DNA of 64,000 bases, from positions 11,718,001-11,782,000 of the forward strand of contig JBHGNT010000010.1 of NCBI GenBank assembly GCA_043228905.1, given 5' to 3'. How positions within the stretch are numbered: position 1 is the stretch's first letter; every line of letters starts with the position of its first letter. Positions 1 to 9,924 of this stretch are shown piece by piece. The notes under the pieces were generated by a model. It saw only the letters and a program-made list of their open reading frames with translations. It searched no databases and had not been told where the DNA came from. A program made the translations under genes and the position numbers. Source of the stretch: Azolla caroliniana. Taxonomy: Eukaryota > Plantae > Polypodiophyta.

Positions 1-837
1 ACTCAGCGATTTTTGACTTATCTTCGGCATCTGCCGACAATCGCTGAGCTCCATGGTTAATCTCCCATGTCGTTAAGAAATCCCTAACATGTGCTTCCGC
101 ATCTGTTCCAAATGTCCCAAATGTCGTCCCAAATGTCGTAAAACGATACCTCTTCCGTCTGTTTTTCGTCTGAAGGTAATTGATCGGATAAGTCAGGAAG
201 TTTCGACCACTTTGTGCTTGATTCCGACTGTTCTTGCGCAATGAACGCTTCCTACACTGCCTTCGTAATTGACCTTGTACGAGGGCGCTTACAACTGACC
301 GGTGTCTCCTCTTCATACGACATCCATTCGATTTGTTCTCTGCTTAATTGCAGATGTAACCGGGCGTGCCAAATTTCTTCTGTGTTAATCGGCTAATTAC
401 TAACTACTACCGATACAGAAGAGTGAACGTCGCTACTCAACGTTCTAACAAGGAATTGTGTTTTACGAACGGAATTATACTATATTAATCGGTAATTACC
501 GTGATCGTTACTTAGTTATAAATTAGGAAGCTTGCACTTAACAACATAGACAATAGAAAGGACACAGAATCCGTACATGATATTCCTAACTTAAACTTAT
601 ATTACTAAATAAACGACCTTTCTTACAATGCCTTCGGTTCCCTTTTATAGGTATACCGAAGGTCTTTCTCATCAAGAACTATTCCTACTTACTATCAAGA
701 ATTACAAAATTATCTAACTAACTTAGTTCTCTTCGTTCACTGCTGAGTCATTGATCCGAACAGTCGATCCGAACCGACTCCGTTTTCGACGCTTTCCCAC
801 TTGTTCGGTAAAACTGACTATCCGGGTCCGGGTAACA
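1..837 (-). mobile_element. 5' end of a Ty3/gypsy LTR retrotransposon (LTR 383-837, PBS, gag start), inserted antisense into ORF1 of the next element
   Basis: On the minus strand the LTR has termini TGTTACCCGG...CCGATTAACA, followed by TGGCACGCCCGG (371-360) and then a gag-like frame (TFGTDAEAHVRDFLTTWEINHG...KIAE). Homology of the host ORF1 to ORF1 of 53195-60392 stops at 838. Confidence 0.75.
360..371 (-). promoter_or_regulatory. Primer binding site, tRNA-Arg type
   Basis: TGGCACGCCCGG; the same motif follows LTRs at 40825 and 51321 and is complementary to the 3' end of plant tRNA-Arg(UCU) as I recall it. Confidence 0.7.
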
Positions 838-1407
838 AGACAACAATCGAACGAGGAAGAAGAGAAGCCGCAAAAAGCAAAAACGAATGCCATAACGATG
901 GCAAGAGACGAAATCAATGAAGATATGGTGGACAGCCAGTACACTCGACCTCATTGGGCACGAGCGACAACGGAGACGCTGGTGAAGATTGGGGAGAAGA
1001 AAGAGACCGTGGTAACCTTGATCGACCACGGCTCGGAGATCAACCTCATGTCAACCGACTTCTACAAAAAAGGAAGATGGCCAATCAATACAAACCACGG
1101 ATGGAAGATTCGCGCGGCAACAAAGTCTACGGAGGATTTGTACGGAGCTTGTCCCAATGTCAAAGTCACAATCGGGGATGTGGAGATGGATCAACACTTC
1201 TTCATACAAGAATCGGCGTCGCATCCTGTCATCCTAGGGCAACCTTATATCACATCATCTCGGATGGAGATCAGAGTGTTCGATAATGGAGCAGCCTTCG
1301 CACGAATAAAGAGTCTTGACAACCAAAGATCGGTCCAATTCCTAACGGTGCGAGCCAATCATGAAAGGAATCAAGATAGTCTCGGAGGCGAATCCTTGGA
1401 TTTTTAG
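838..1407 (+). CDS. gag: C-terminus of ORF1 (Gag-protease), containing the aspartic protease
   Basis: LIDHGSEINLM active site and ILGQPY motif; ends GAT TTT TAG (DF*), as in the homologue. Confidence 0.9.
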   Translation, partial: RQQSNEEEEKPQKAKTNAITMARDEINEDMVDSQYTRPHWARATTETLVKIGEKKETVVTLIDHGSEINLMSTDFYKKGRWPINTNHGWKIRAATKSTEDLYGACPNVKVTIGDVEMDQHFFIQESASHPVILGQPYITSSRMEIRVFDNGAAFARIKSLDNQRSVQFLTVRANHERNQDSLGGESLDF

Positions 1408-1460
1408 AGCGGACTATTGAAGCATGGGGCACAAATAGTCCGAGTTTTCACAAGACCCCA
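1398..1460 (+). promoter_or_regulatory. Predicted -1 ribosomal frameshift signal (GGATTTT plus H-type pseudoknot)
   Basis: Slippery site 1398-1404; stem 1410-1418/1434-1442; TGGGG 1425-1429 can pair with CCCCA 1456-1460; the -1 frame is open into pol. Confidence 0.8.
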
Positions 1461-4400
1461 CAAGAAAGAAGAGTGCGTGGATTGCAAGGAGAAGCAACAT
1501 GTGTCACACCTAGTGGCGCATGTAAACTAGTACTACCCGATAAGAAGCACAAGCGCCGGATACAAGAATTCGAGAAGATGTTGAAAGAAGAGAACATAAT
1601 AGAAGAAGGAGAGTTTGTGACTCATATTATGGAAGAAGCCTCATTTAACGACACCATCGGCGAAATCGAGGACGTCGTGGACTTGAGCTATCTTCACAAC
1701 CAACGCGTGATTTCGGTTAACTCCGTCAACATGTACGCTATCATCGATGAATACCATCGTGGCATCTCGATGAAGGAAGCTGACATCAACACGAAATATA
1801 AAACGGTGGATAAGAAGATCAAGCCAGTTGCGGTTCCACTACCGGAAGATAGCTGGCAAAAGATGAAGGAAGTCGCTAACGATCCAAGCTTAAGAGATCC
1901 GAAGAAGATAGGTCATGTCTTCACCAAAGAGACGAAGGGGAAGCTACGAGTTGGAAAGGAGGATTTCCTTCTCCCCGAAGAGGACTGAATGTTTCACGAT
2001 ATGCTTGAGAGACATGGGAAGGCTTTCGCATTCTTCCCACGAGAAATTGGATGCGTCGACCCAAAGGTTATAGAGCCGATGGTGATCTTCACGGTGCCTC
2101 ATGTGCCTTGGAATTTGAAACCGATACCGGTTCCGAGAGCACACCGTCCGAAGCTGATCGAGCTCTTAAAGGAGAAGGTGAGTATGGGAATTCTAGAACC
2201 GTCGAATGCTCCTTATTCCAATAGGTGGTTCATGGTGCCGAAGAAGAATGGATCATTGCGATTCATCCAAGATCTTCAACCCGTCAACAAGGTGACAATT
2301 CGAAATGCCGGAATCGGTCCGAGCGTGGACGAATTTGCCGAAGCGTTTGCGGGCCGGTCCATCTACTCCATTGGCGATCTCTACTCCGGATATGACCAAT
2401 TCCAATTGGCGATCGACAGTCACGACATTACAACCATGAGGACTCCGATCGGGCTTGTGCGGATGTGTACCTTACCCCAAGGCGCAACGAACTCGGTGGC
2501 TCATATGGTGAATGCCATGAATAAAGTCTTGAAGGATTGCATTCCGGACATCACGATGCCATTCTTGGATGATATTCCGATAAAAGGATGTTTGGATGAG
2601 GAGAAAGATGAATCGAAAGATAAGGAAGATTGTAGAAAGTTCGTTGCGGATCATATGAAAGATTGCGAGAAGGTGCTTCAAAGGCTCGAAGATGCGAATT
2701 TGACATTTTCGGGAGAAAAATCCGCATTCGGGCAACCGGAGATCTTGGTGGTAGGTCACTTGTGTGGAGCATATGGCCGGAAGCCCTCGCCATCCAAAGT
2801 GAACGCAATCCAAGACATGAAAGAAGAATGCGAAAACCAAACGGAGGTTCGAAGGTTCCTTGGAGCGTGCGCGTTTTATCATATATGGATTCCTCACTAC
2901 GCTCATGTCGCCGAACCGTTATATGGACTACTAAAGAAAAGAATAAAGTTCGAATGGCGAGACGAGCACACAAAGGCTATGCAAAGATTAAAGAAACTGC
3001 TTCTTGAAGCTCCGGCACTAAGGAACGCCGACTATGCCGAAGGGAAACCAATTTATGTGACCGTAGATACGAGCCCAACTGGAACCGGGTGGGTCATCAA
3101 TCAAGAAGGCGAAGATAATGCGCGATATGCCATCCGGTTCGGAGCAAAGGTTCTCAGCGAACGGCAACAAAGATATGCCCAAGTCAAGCGGGAACTTTGG
3201 GGTATTGTGTCGGCAGTGAAGACGGACAAAGATTACCTGATCGGGTCAGAAGTGATAATAGAGACAGATTGTCTCCCAATTCTCGGAATGGTCTCGGGAT
3301 GTGCGACCCCAGATCTTGCTATGCTAAGGTGGATCGCCTACATCAAGTCTTTAAACCCAGAGATCCGTCACATTGCAGGGAAGAAGAACGCCATGGCTGA
3401 CATGCTGTCGAGGGCAAGATTTTCAAATGGAAGTAACATGATTTCGGAAGATGAAGATGTCGCCCTCGACTTCTTCAAGATGGCTCGATTGTCGGCGAAA
3501 GATCAGGACACACAAACCCTCCACGCCTTCAACGAGAACGAGTACGAAGGGGAGTGGTTACTCATCGGTAGATTCCTAAGAACATTGACGACAGATGCTT
3601 CGTTGACAAAGGAGGAGGCCCTACGAATCCGAAAGAAAGCTTACCAATACTTCTTGAAGGGAGGATTCCTTTGGCGACATCCAAAAAGAAGGACAGGAGT
3701 ACCACGTCCAGTGGTGGTAAAGAAAGAAGAGCAAGAGACGCTGATGACCGAATTCCACGAGAGTGCTTGGGTAGGTCATAGAGGAACATGGGCGACATTC
3801 GAAAAGTTGAAGGAGAAGTACTGGTGGCCAAGCATGTACAAAGATGTACTCCATTTCGTGTCCACATGCGAAACTTGCCAAATATATTCAAATATACGTC
3901 ATCGTGATGAGTTAAAGCCGACATACCCACTCACCATACACTTCAAATGGATGGTGGATCTGGTCTCGATGCCAATGGGAGTGGGACAAATGAAGTACTT
4001 AGCGCTAGCAAGGGAAGACTTGACAAATCAAGTGGAAGGACGAGCCTTGACAAATAAGACGACTTCAGCCGTTTGCAAATTTCTACTTGAAGATGTTGTT
4101 TGCCGATATGGATGTGTAGGGAAGATAGTGGCCAACCGAGGGGAGTTGGACGCGCACGAAGCAACGGAGCTCTTCGAAAGACTAGGCGTGAAGCTCTCCC
4201 TCACGACTGCCTACAATCCGGAAGCAAATGGGAAGATAGAGCGAGGGCATGGACCTATCGTTAAAGCCATCGTACGGGCATGCAACGGTCGAGTCGGGAA
4301 TTGTCCACAACTATTACCCTATGCCTTGTGGGCCGATAGAACGACACATAGCTCGGTGACAGGGTATAGGCCGACGGAGCTTATGTATGGACAAAAGCCG

Positions 4401-4892
4401 ATTATGCCCATCGAAAGGACGATCGCCTCATGGGTAGCGATACCGTGGGAGAACGAGATGAGCCGAGAAGAGTTATTAGCGGCGCGGATAAGGCAACTTG
4501 AAAGAAGACCTGAAGATTTAGAAAAAGCGCGAAAGATGATGAAGGCAGCCCGAGTAAAGAACAAGGTTCGGTTCGACAACACGCATCGACTTCGTCCCAA
4601 GAAGATTGAAGAAGGGGATTGGGTTTTGGTTTACGACAACACCCTTCACAATCAACACAGTACAACAAGGAAGTTCGCAAGAAGATGGTTCGGGCCGTAT
4701 GTGGTGACAAGTGCCAACGATAATGCCACATACCACCTTGCGGAACTAGACGGATCAAGATTGGCCGTACCCATTGCGGGAAAAAGAGTAAAGATTTTCA
4801 AGAAAAGACAAGACAAGGATCCTGACCTCGATTACCTCGACGATGAACATAATAGGGCGGATGTAAATGAAGACATGGAGGAATCTAATTGA
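1404..4892 (+). pseudogene. pol: Pol (RT-RNase H-integrase) in the -1 frame, with one premature TGA at 1986-1988
   Basis: RT (GDLYSGYDQ, PQGATNS, FLDD), RH (VDTSPTG, ETDC), IN (H..H..C..C zinc finger, AYNPEANGKIER, WFGPY). ORFs 1473-1988 and 1989-4892 are in the same frame. Confidence 0.93.
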
Positions 4893-4964
4893 TCATCGTA
4901 GCTGAAATCTCACTTTCTCTCTTCTTTGCACGTACCAGAGGACGTGCGGTTTGGTGGGGGTGGA

Positions 4965-6139
4965 TGTCGTGAAGATTTTCGGCAATAGTGTGAAAATCCC
5001 ATAAAATGTACGAAATCGAGTATGAATCACGTAATACAATAATTGTGAAGATAACATTTTAAACAAATTTAATATCTAAGTACAAAATGATGGAGGTTTC
5101 GAATGCAGTTTATTACACGAGAAACGGACAACTAAATGTCAAGATATTAGGGTATAAAGTTTTTGAAAGGAAAAGAGAAAATTGTGAGATATCCCACATA
5201 GGCACGACAAATACGGCTCTCATCATATATAATGTAGAGCAAAAGATATTATCTTTGCGTCTATGTGTGGAGCATAGAGAGTTCAAGGTAACTTGAACTA
5301 AGAGTGGAGGTGGGCTAGCTACTCGTAAAGGGTTTTGGTTGGCCAAAACCGGACCGGCGATGGAACTGGTGATCCGGCGGCAATCCGGCATCCAGCGAGG
5401 CACCGGTAACCGATGACATTCGCCGCCGGCACCGGTATCCGGCGCCGGTCAGACGACGGAATCCGGCGAGGCACCGGTAATCGACGGCATCTGGCACCGG
5501 CACCGGTAAGACGACGGCATCCGGCGAGGTACCGGTAACCGACGACATCTGGCGGCGGCACCGGTATCCGGCGACTAGATAAATAAATATATAAATATAT
5601 ATACATATATACAAGGAGGGCAAGTAAGGATTCGAACCTTGCACCTCCAAGTTAGGAGTCAATTGGCTTACCATTAAGCCATGCTATTTAGTTCAAATTA
5701 TATTTCTATCATTGTACTTTTACATGTAAATTCTCATACATGAGAGCTAAAATGAGTGACATGGTTATCATGCACCACATGTAATACATAAGCGCCAAAT
5801 GGCAAACATGCAATTTATGCATGTCTTGTACCCTCACATGCATCATATGCATGAGAGCATCTATAAAAGAAGGAAGGGAGAGGAGAAAAAAAACTTTTTG
5901 TTTTTATGATGAAATTAAGAAGAAGAAATTCGTTATCAAATTGATGGTGTAACTTGTTTCTTAAATCCAAAGATAAAAGTTCAATCAATCTCTCTCAATC
6001 ATTTAATCTCAACTTCTCTCTTTCCCAATCAATCTTAAGTACTTTCTCGCCAAAGCTTATACCAACTTTGAATCCTTCCGGTCCAGAACCCCGGCGGTTC
6101 CGCCTCACAATCCGCGTGTAATGACGGATCTTCACGACA
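4965..6139 (+). repeat. 3' LTR (1175 bp)
   Basis: 12-bp terminal inverted repeat TGTCGTGAAGAT...ATCTTCACGACA, preceded by a G-rich PPT; contains CCGG-rich tandem repeats at about 5350-5575. Confidence 0.92.
5616..5686 (-). other. tRNA-like Pol III type-2 promoter module inside the LTR
   Basis: Minus strand TGGCTTAATGGTAAGC (A box with D-stem GCTT/AAGC) ... AAGGTTCGAATCCTT (B box/T-arm) at tRNA spacing; no acceptor stem. Confidence 0.7.
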
Positions 6140-6887
6140 GCGTCACCGATCGCACTTCGCCAGAAGCTCGGAGAGAGCCGGGTCGGGACCAGCCCTCGTA
6201 ATGAAGCATAAGGCTAACCGAATGGGAGTATTCGATTCGAAGTCGGAAAAAGTTTGGTATGTGGATTCCGGAGCTTCAAACCGCATGACGAACCACCATG
6301 AGTGGTTCTCCTTTCTCGAGAAGCCGAAGAAGCTGGGGGTAACCGAAACCGAAGATGACACCCCACATCCCAACGAGCACATCGAAGATGTCCCATTGAC
6401 CCATGTCGACCAGAAAGGGGTCATGAGGAACGTCCGGCATATCTGGATGATCACCAAGAACATGGTGTAAGACTGCTAGATCGTAGATCAAGGAATGCAG
6501 GTCTGATTTACTCACTGTGGTTGCTTCATCGAGGAGGAAGGCTGGATCATCGCGCAAGGGCGCCGGGATGGAAGAATGTTCCTTCTCGAAACCAATGATG
6601 GAGGCACCGTGATGTTTGTGAAAGGGCAGAAGGTCAAGTCGGACATCGACCTGTGGCATAAGGGTTAAAGCACGCTACGGTGTACCAAAAAAAGTATTGT
6701 TTTTGGCTTGTGAAAGGGCAGAAGGTCAAGTCGGACATCGACCCGGTTGCTTCATTGAGGAGGAAGGCTGGATCATCGCACAAGGGCGCCGGGATGGAAG
6801 AATTTTCCTTCTCGAAACCAATGATGTAGGCATCACGATGTTTGTGAAAGGGCAGAAGGTCAAGTCGGACATCGACCTGTGGCATAA
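6140..6887 (+). pseudogene. Ty1/copia pol fragment (protease, GAG-pre-integrase), part 1; includes a local duplication
   Basis: WYVDSGASNRMT and DIDLWHK motifs; continues at 28612 (KRIGHINF). Confidence 0.88.
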
Positions 6888-7369
6888 GGGTTAAAGCACG
6901 CTACGGTGTACCAAAAAAGTATTGTTTTTGGCCAAAAAAAACACGTCTACTTTTTATACTGCTAGTACTAAAAACTAATAAATAATAATAATTTTGACAA
7001 AAATAAAATTCAAGAGTGATGTGGGAGTAGTACAAAGTGCAATAATGACAGAAAATGGGGGGAAAGTGATATGAGAGGATTTTACCATTTTGGGGGGTAT
7101 TTCCCCCTTCACATTAAATATTTTTAACTTTTTCAAGTTTTTACCTTTTTCAAAATTTCACCTTTTTCATTTTTGATGCTTTCTCTTCTCATCATTCTTC
7201 TTCCAACCAAGCCTTCTCCTTACTCAGATCCAAACCCTATTTCTGAATCGTTCTCCTATCTCTGATTTGAACCTTATGCATGAATCGTTGTCTTAACTCA
7301 GATTTCATGCTTCACCTTTCAATAGTTCACCTAACAGCATGGTTGAACCTTCTTCCATGAATCATAAGA

Positions 7370-8337
7370 TTATGCTAACTCACATTTGAAGCTTTTTCCA
7401 ACACCAATCTTTTGCACTCAGATTTGAAGCTTCTTCCAACATGAATCTTCTGCACTTAGATTTGAAGCTTCTTCCAACACGAATCTTCGGCACTCAGATT
7501 TGAAGCTTTGGCTAACATGAGTCCCCCTATCTCTGATTTGAAGATTCTTTGATGAACCATATGCGGTTCATTGATTGGGAAACTTCTTCCTCGTGTTCAT
7601 ATTTCTTCTCATATTCTCATGTAGATTTCTTTCGTTTTCTTCTTTCTTCTCATATTCTCATGTAGATTTCTTTCGTTTTCTTCTTTCTTCTCATATTCTC
7701 ATGTCTAACATGAGTCTTCCTATCTTCGATTTGATGTTTCTTCCATGAATAGTAAGTGGTTCATAGGTAGAGGAAATTTTTCCTTATGTTTATCTTTCTT
7801 CTCATCTTCTCATGTTCATCTTTTTTTCATGTATATTTTTTTTATGTTCATCTTTCTCATGTAAATCTTTTTCATGTTCATCTATTCTTTTCTTATTATC
7901 ATGTTCATCTTTCTCTTGTAGGTTTTTTTCATGTTCATCTTTCTTCTCTTATTCTCATGTCGAATATAAGTATTCCAATCTTCGATTTTCAGGTTCATCT
8001 ATGAATCATAAGTGGTTCATACATAGAGGAGCTTCTTCCGCATTTTCATCTTATTTTTCATATTCTCGTGTTCATCTTTCTCTTGTGGATTCTTTTCTAA
8101 CTCATCTTTCTTCTCGTATTTTTGTGTTTATCTTTCTCATGTATATTATTTTCATGCACATCATTTTTCTGGTATTCTCATGTTCATCTTTTTCATGTAA
8201 ATTTTTTGCATGTTCACCATTCTTCGTATATTTCATCATTTTAATATATAAAACCATGGTTTTCTTGTATATGATTTTTTTATGTGATTCCAATTTTTTA
8301 TGTTGCATTTTGTCCTCTATTTCTTGCTTTTCATATT
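7370..8337. repeat. Degenerate tandem repeats in the left arm of the DNA transposon (about 39-bp unit, then T-rich about 20-bp units)
   Basis: Repeated gaatcttctgcactcagatttgaagcttcttccaac and ttcatctttctcatgt. Confidence 0.7.
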
Positions 8338-9924
8338 TGAAATCATGTTATCATTGGTTATGAAATTACTAATACAACTGTTGTTGATTTATTATGCTTG
8401 CGTGTCTCATTTGGTAATATTAGTATACAACTAATTGTAACCTTCATTACTTTAAATACTTTCCTTGGTATTCTTTTTAAGTAATAGATATAATTGAAAA
8501 TGGTAGTCATCAATTAGATTGACATGTCTTGTTTACCAATAGACAATATATAGTATGTGTAATGCTAAAAAATAGATCTATTAATCAGTCTTTCATTTCT
8601 TTTAAGACGATGTAAGTTTTGGCCACAGCCCATATTCGGTACAATGAGCTTGATGTGATAACTATCATATTGTGAAATGGAAACAAATTTAGGGTATGTA
8701 GTGGAAAATATAGGGAATAAACTAGTTAGGAAAAATATTAAGTAGGCATATAAGGAGACATATGTTACTATGCTTGTCTCAAAGGTTCAAAAGTAACTCT
8801 AGGAGTTCATTCCACATAAATTTAGGGGTTATGGGCAAATTTCACAATTCAAGGAATGTTACTATTGAGATATCAAGCTCAACTAGTTTAATCTAGTTAG
8901 TCAACACATGTAACTTAGTAGTTACCTAGATCGAATCTAGTTAATGTGTTGACCTTAAGCCTTTAAATAGGACCTTGTACTTCAGTGAGATATTCTAGAT
9001 CCTCCACTCCTTAGTACATTTAATGTAGGACTTACACATAAGTACCTATGTTCTACCCACACATGTGCACCTTCGCACATGGGTTGTATATATATCTCAT
9101 TGTGGGTGTATTTGTATGTTGATGACACTTTTCAATATAGTCAATCATCCCCCATTTATCTTCGTGTTCATAAGTGTAACTTCCTCTCTCTCTCTCTCTT
9201 CCTCTCACACACTCTCACGTGCATATCATACTAATCTTCCGTTGCTTAACGTAACCATATAATTAGTCTCTAATTAACCCTAGTTAATTACCTAATTACT
9301 TAACATGGTATCAGAGCGCGTGGTTTAGGAAATCCACTAAGCCCACTGCTTATTCGTGATTGTGTGTTCGAGACGCCGACGACAAATCCCGGCTATTCAC
9401 TATCCGCTACTGTAGTGCCGCTACGAAGGATGTGTACGCAACCAAGAGAAGAAAAACAAAACGGAAGACACAACAATCAACATGAACACACAAATGGGAA
9501 GCCCACTCCCTAGCGAAAAGCTAGACCGAAGCAACTATTCATCTTGGGAGTACAAGATGAATCAATACCTTGTCGGCCAAGGGTATTGGAGCTACATCAA
9601 CGGTGCACAAGAAAACAAACCCGAAACCACACACGCCAACTACCCAACGTGGGAGCAAAGTGTGAGTCGAGTAATGTATTGCGTGGCAACATGTGTAAAC
9701 GACCACATGCTTTGCCACATTCGTGACGCCAAGACGCCCAAAGAGGCGTGGGAAAATATTAAGAAGATTTTCGCCGCGGACACATCCGCGCGCAAGCTTC
9801 AACTCCGGCAAGAGTTGAACAACATACGACAAAAAGAAATGTCCGTGACGGACTACACCGCCAAGATCAAGAGCATTTGCGACTCTCTTGGCTCCATCAA
9901 CATCAACATCGACGAGGACGAGAT
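8338..9924 (+). mobile_element. Ty1/copia 5' LTR (8338-9305), tRNA-Met PBS and gag start (9482-9924)
   Basis: TG...AACA, then TGGTATCAGAGC at 9306; copia gag KLDRSNYSSWEYKMNQYL...LRQELNNIRQ. Confidence 0.9.

Larger units (their letters stand above)
838..6139 (+). mobile_element. Ty3/gypsy LTR retrotransposon (non-chromovirus, Phygy-like/fungal-like lineage), 3' part
   Basis: Order PR-RT-RH-IN, PPT at about 4950-4964, 3' LTR 4965-6139; homologous to the element at 53195-60392. Confidence 0.95.

Noticed and set aside
751-837. N-terminus of the 218-aa ORF as real protein
   Set aside because: It is antisense LTR sequence of the nested element, fused in frame by chance.
1986-1988. Programmed stop-codon readthrough in pol
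   Set aside because: The intact homologue has a sense codon at this position; a CGA-to-TGA deamination is the simpler explanation.
5616-5686. Functional tRNA-Arg(CCT) gene
   Set aside because: CTCCTAA is present, but the acceptor and anticodon stems do not pair; reported only as a tRNA-like module.
7786-8363. Hydrophobic membrane-protein or env-like ORFs (also 12176-13010, 17571-17768, 61374-61880)
   Set aside because: They are translations of low-complexity or tandem-repeat DNA with no domain motifs.
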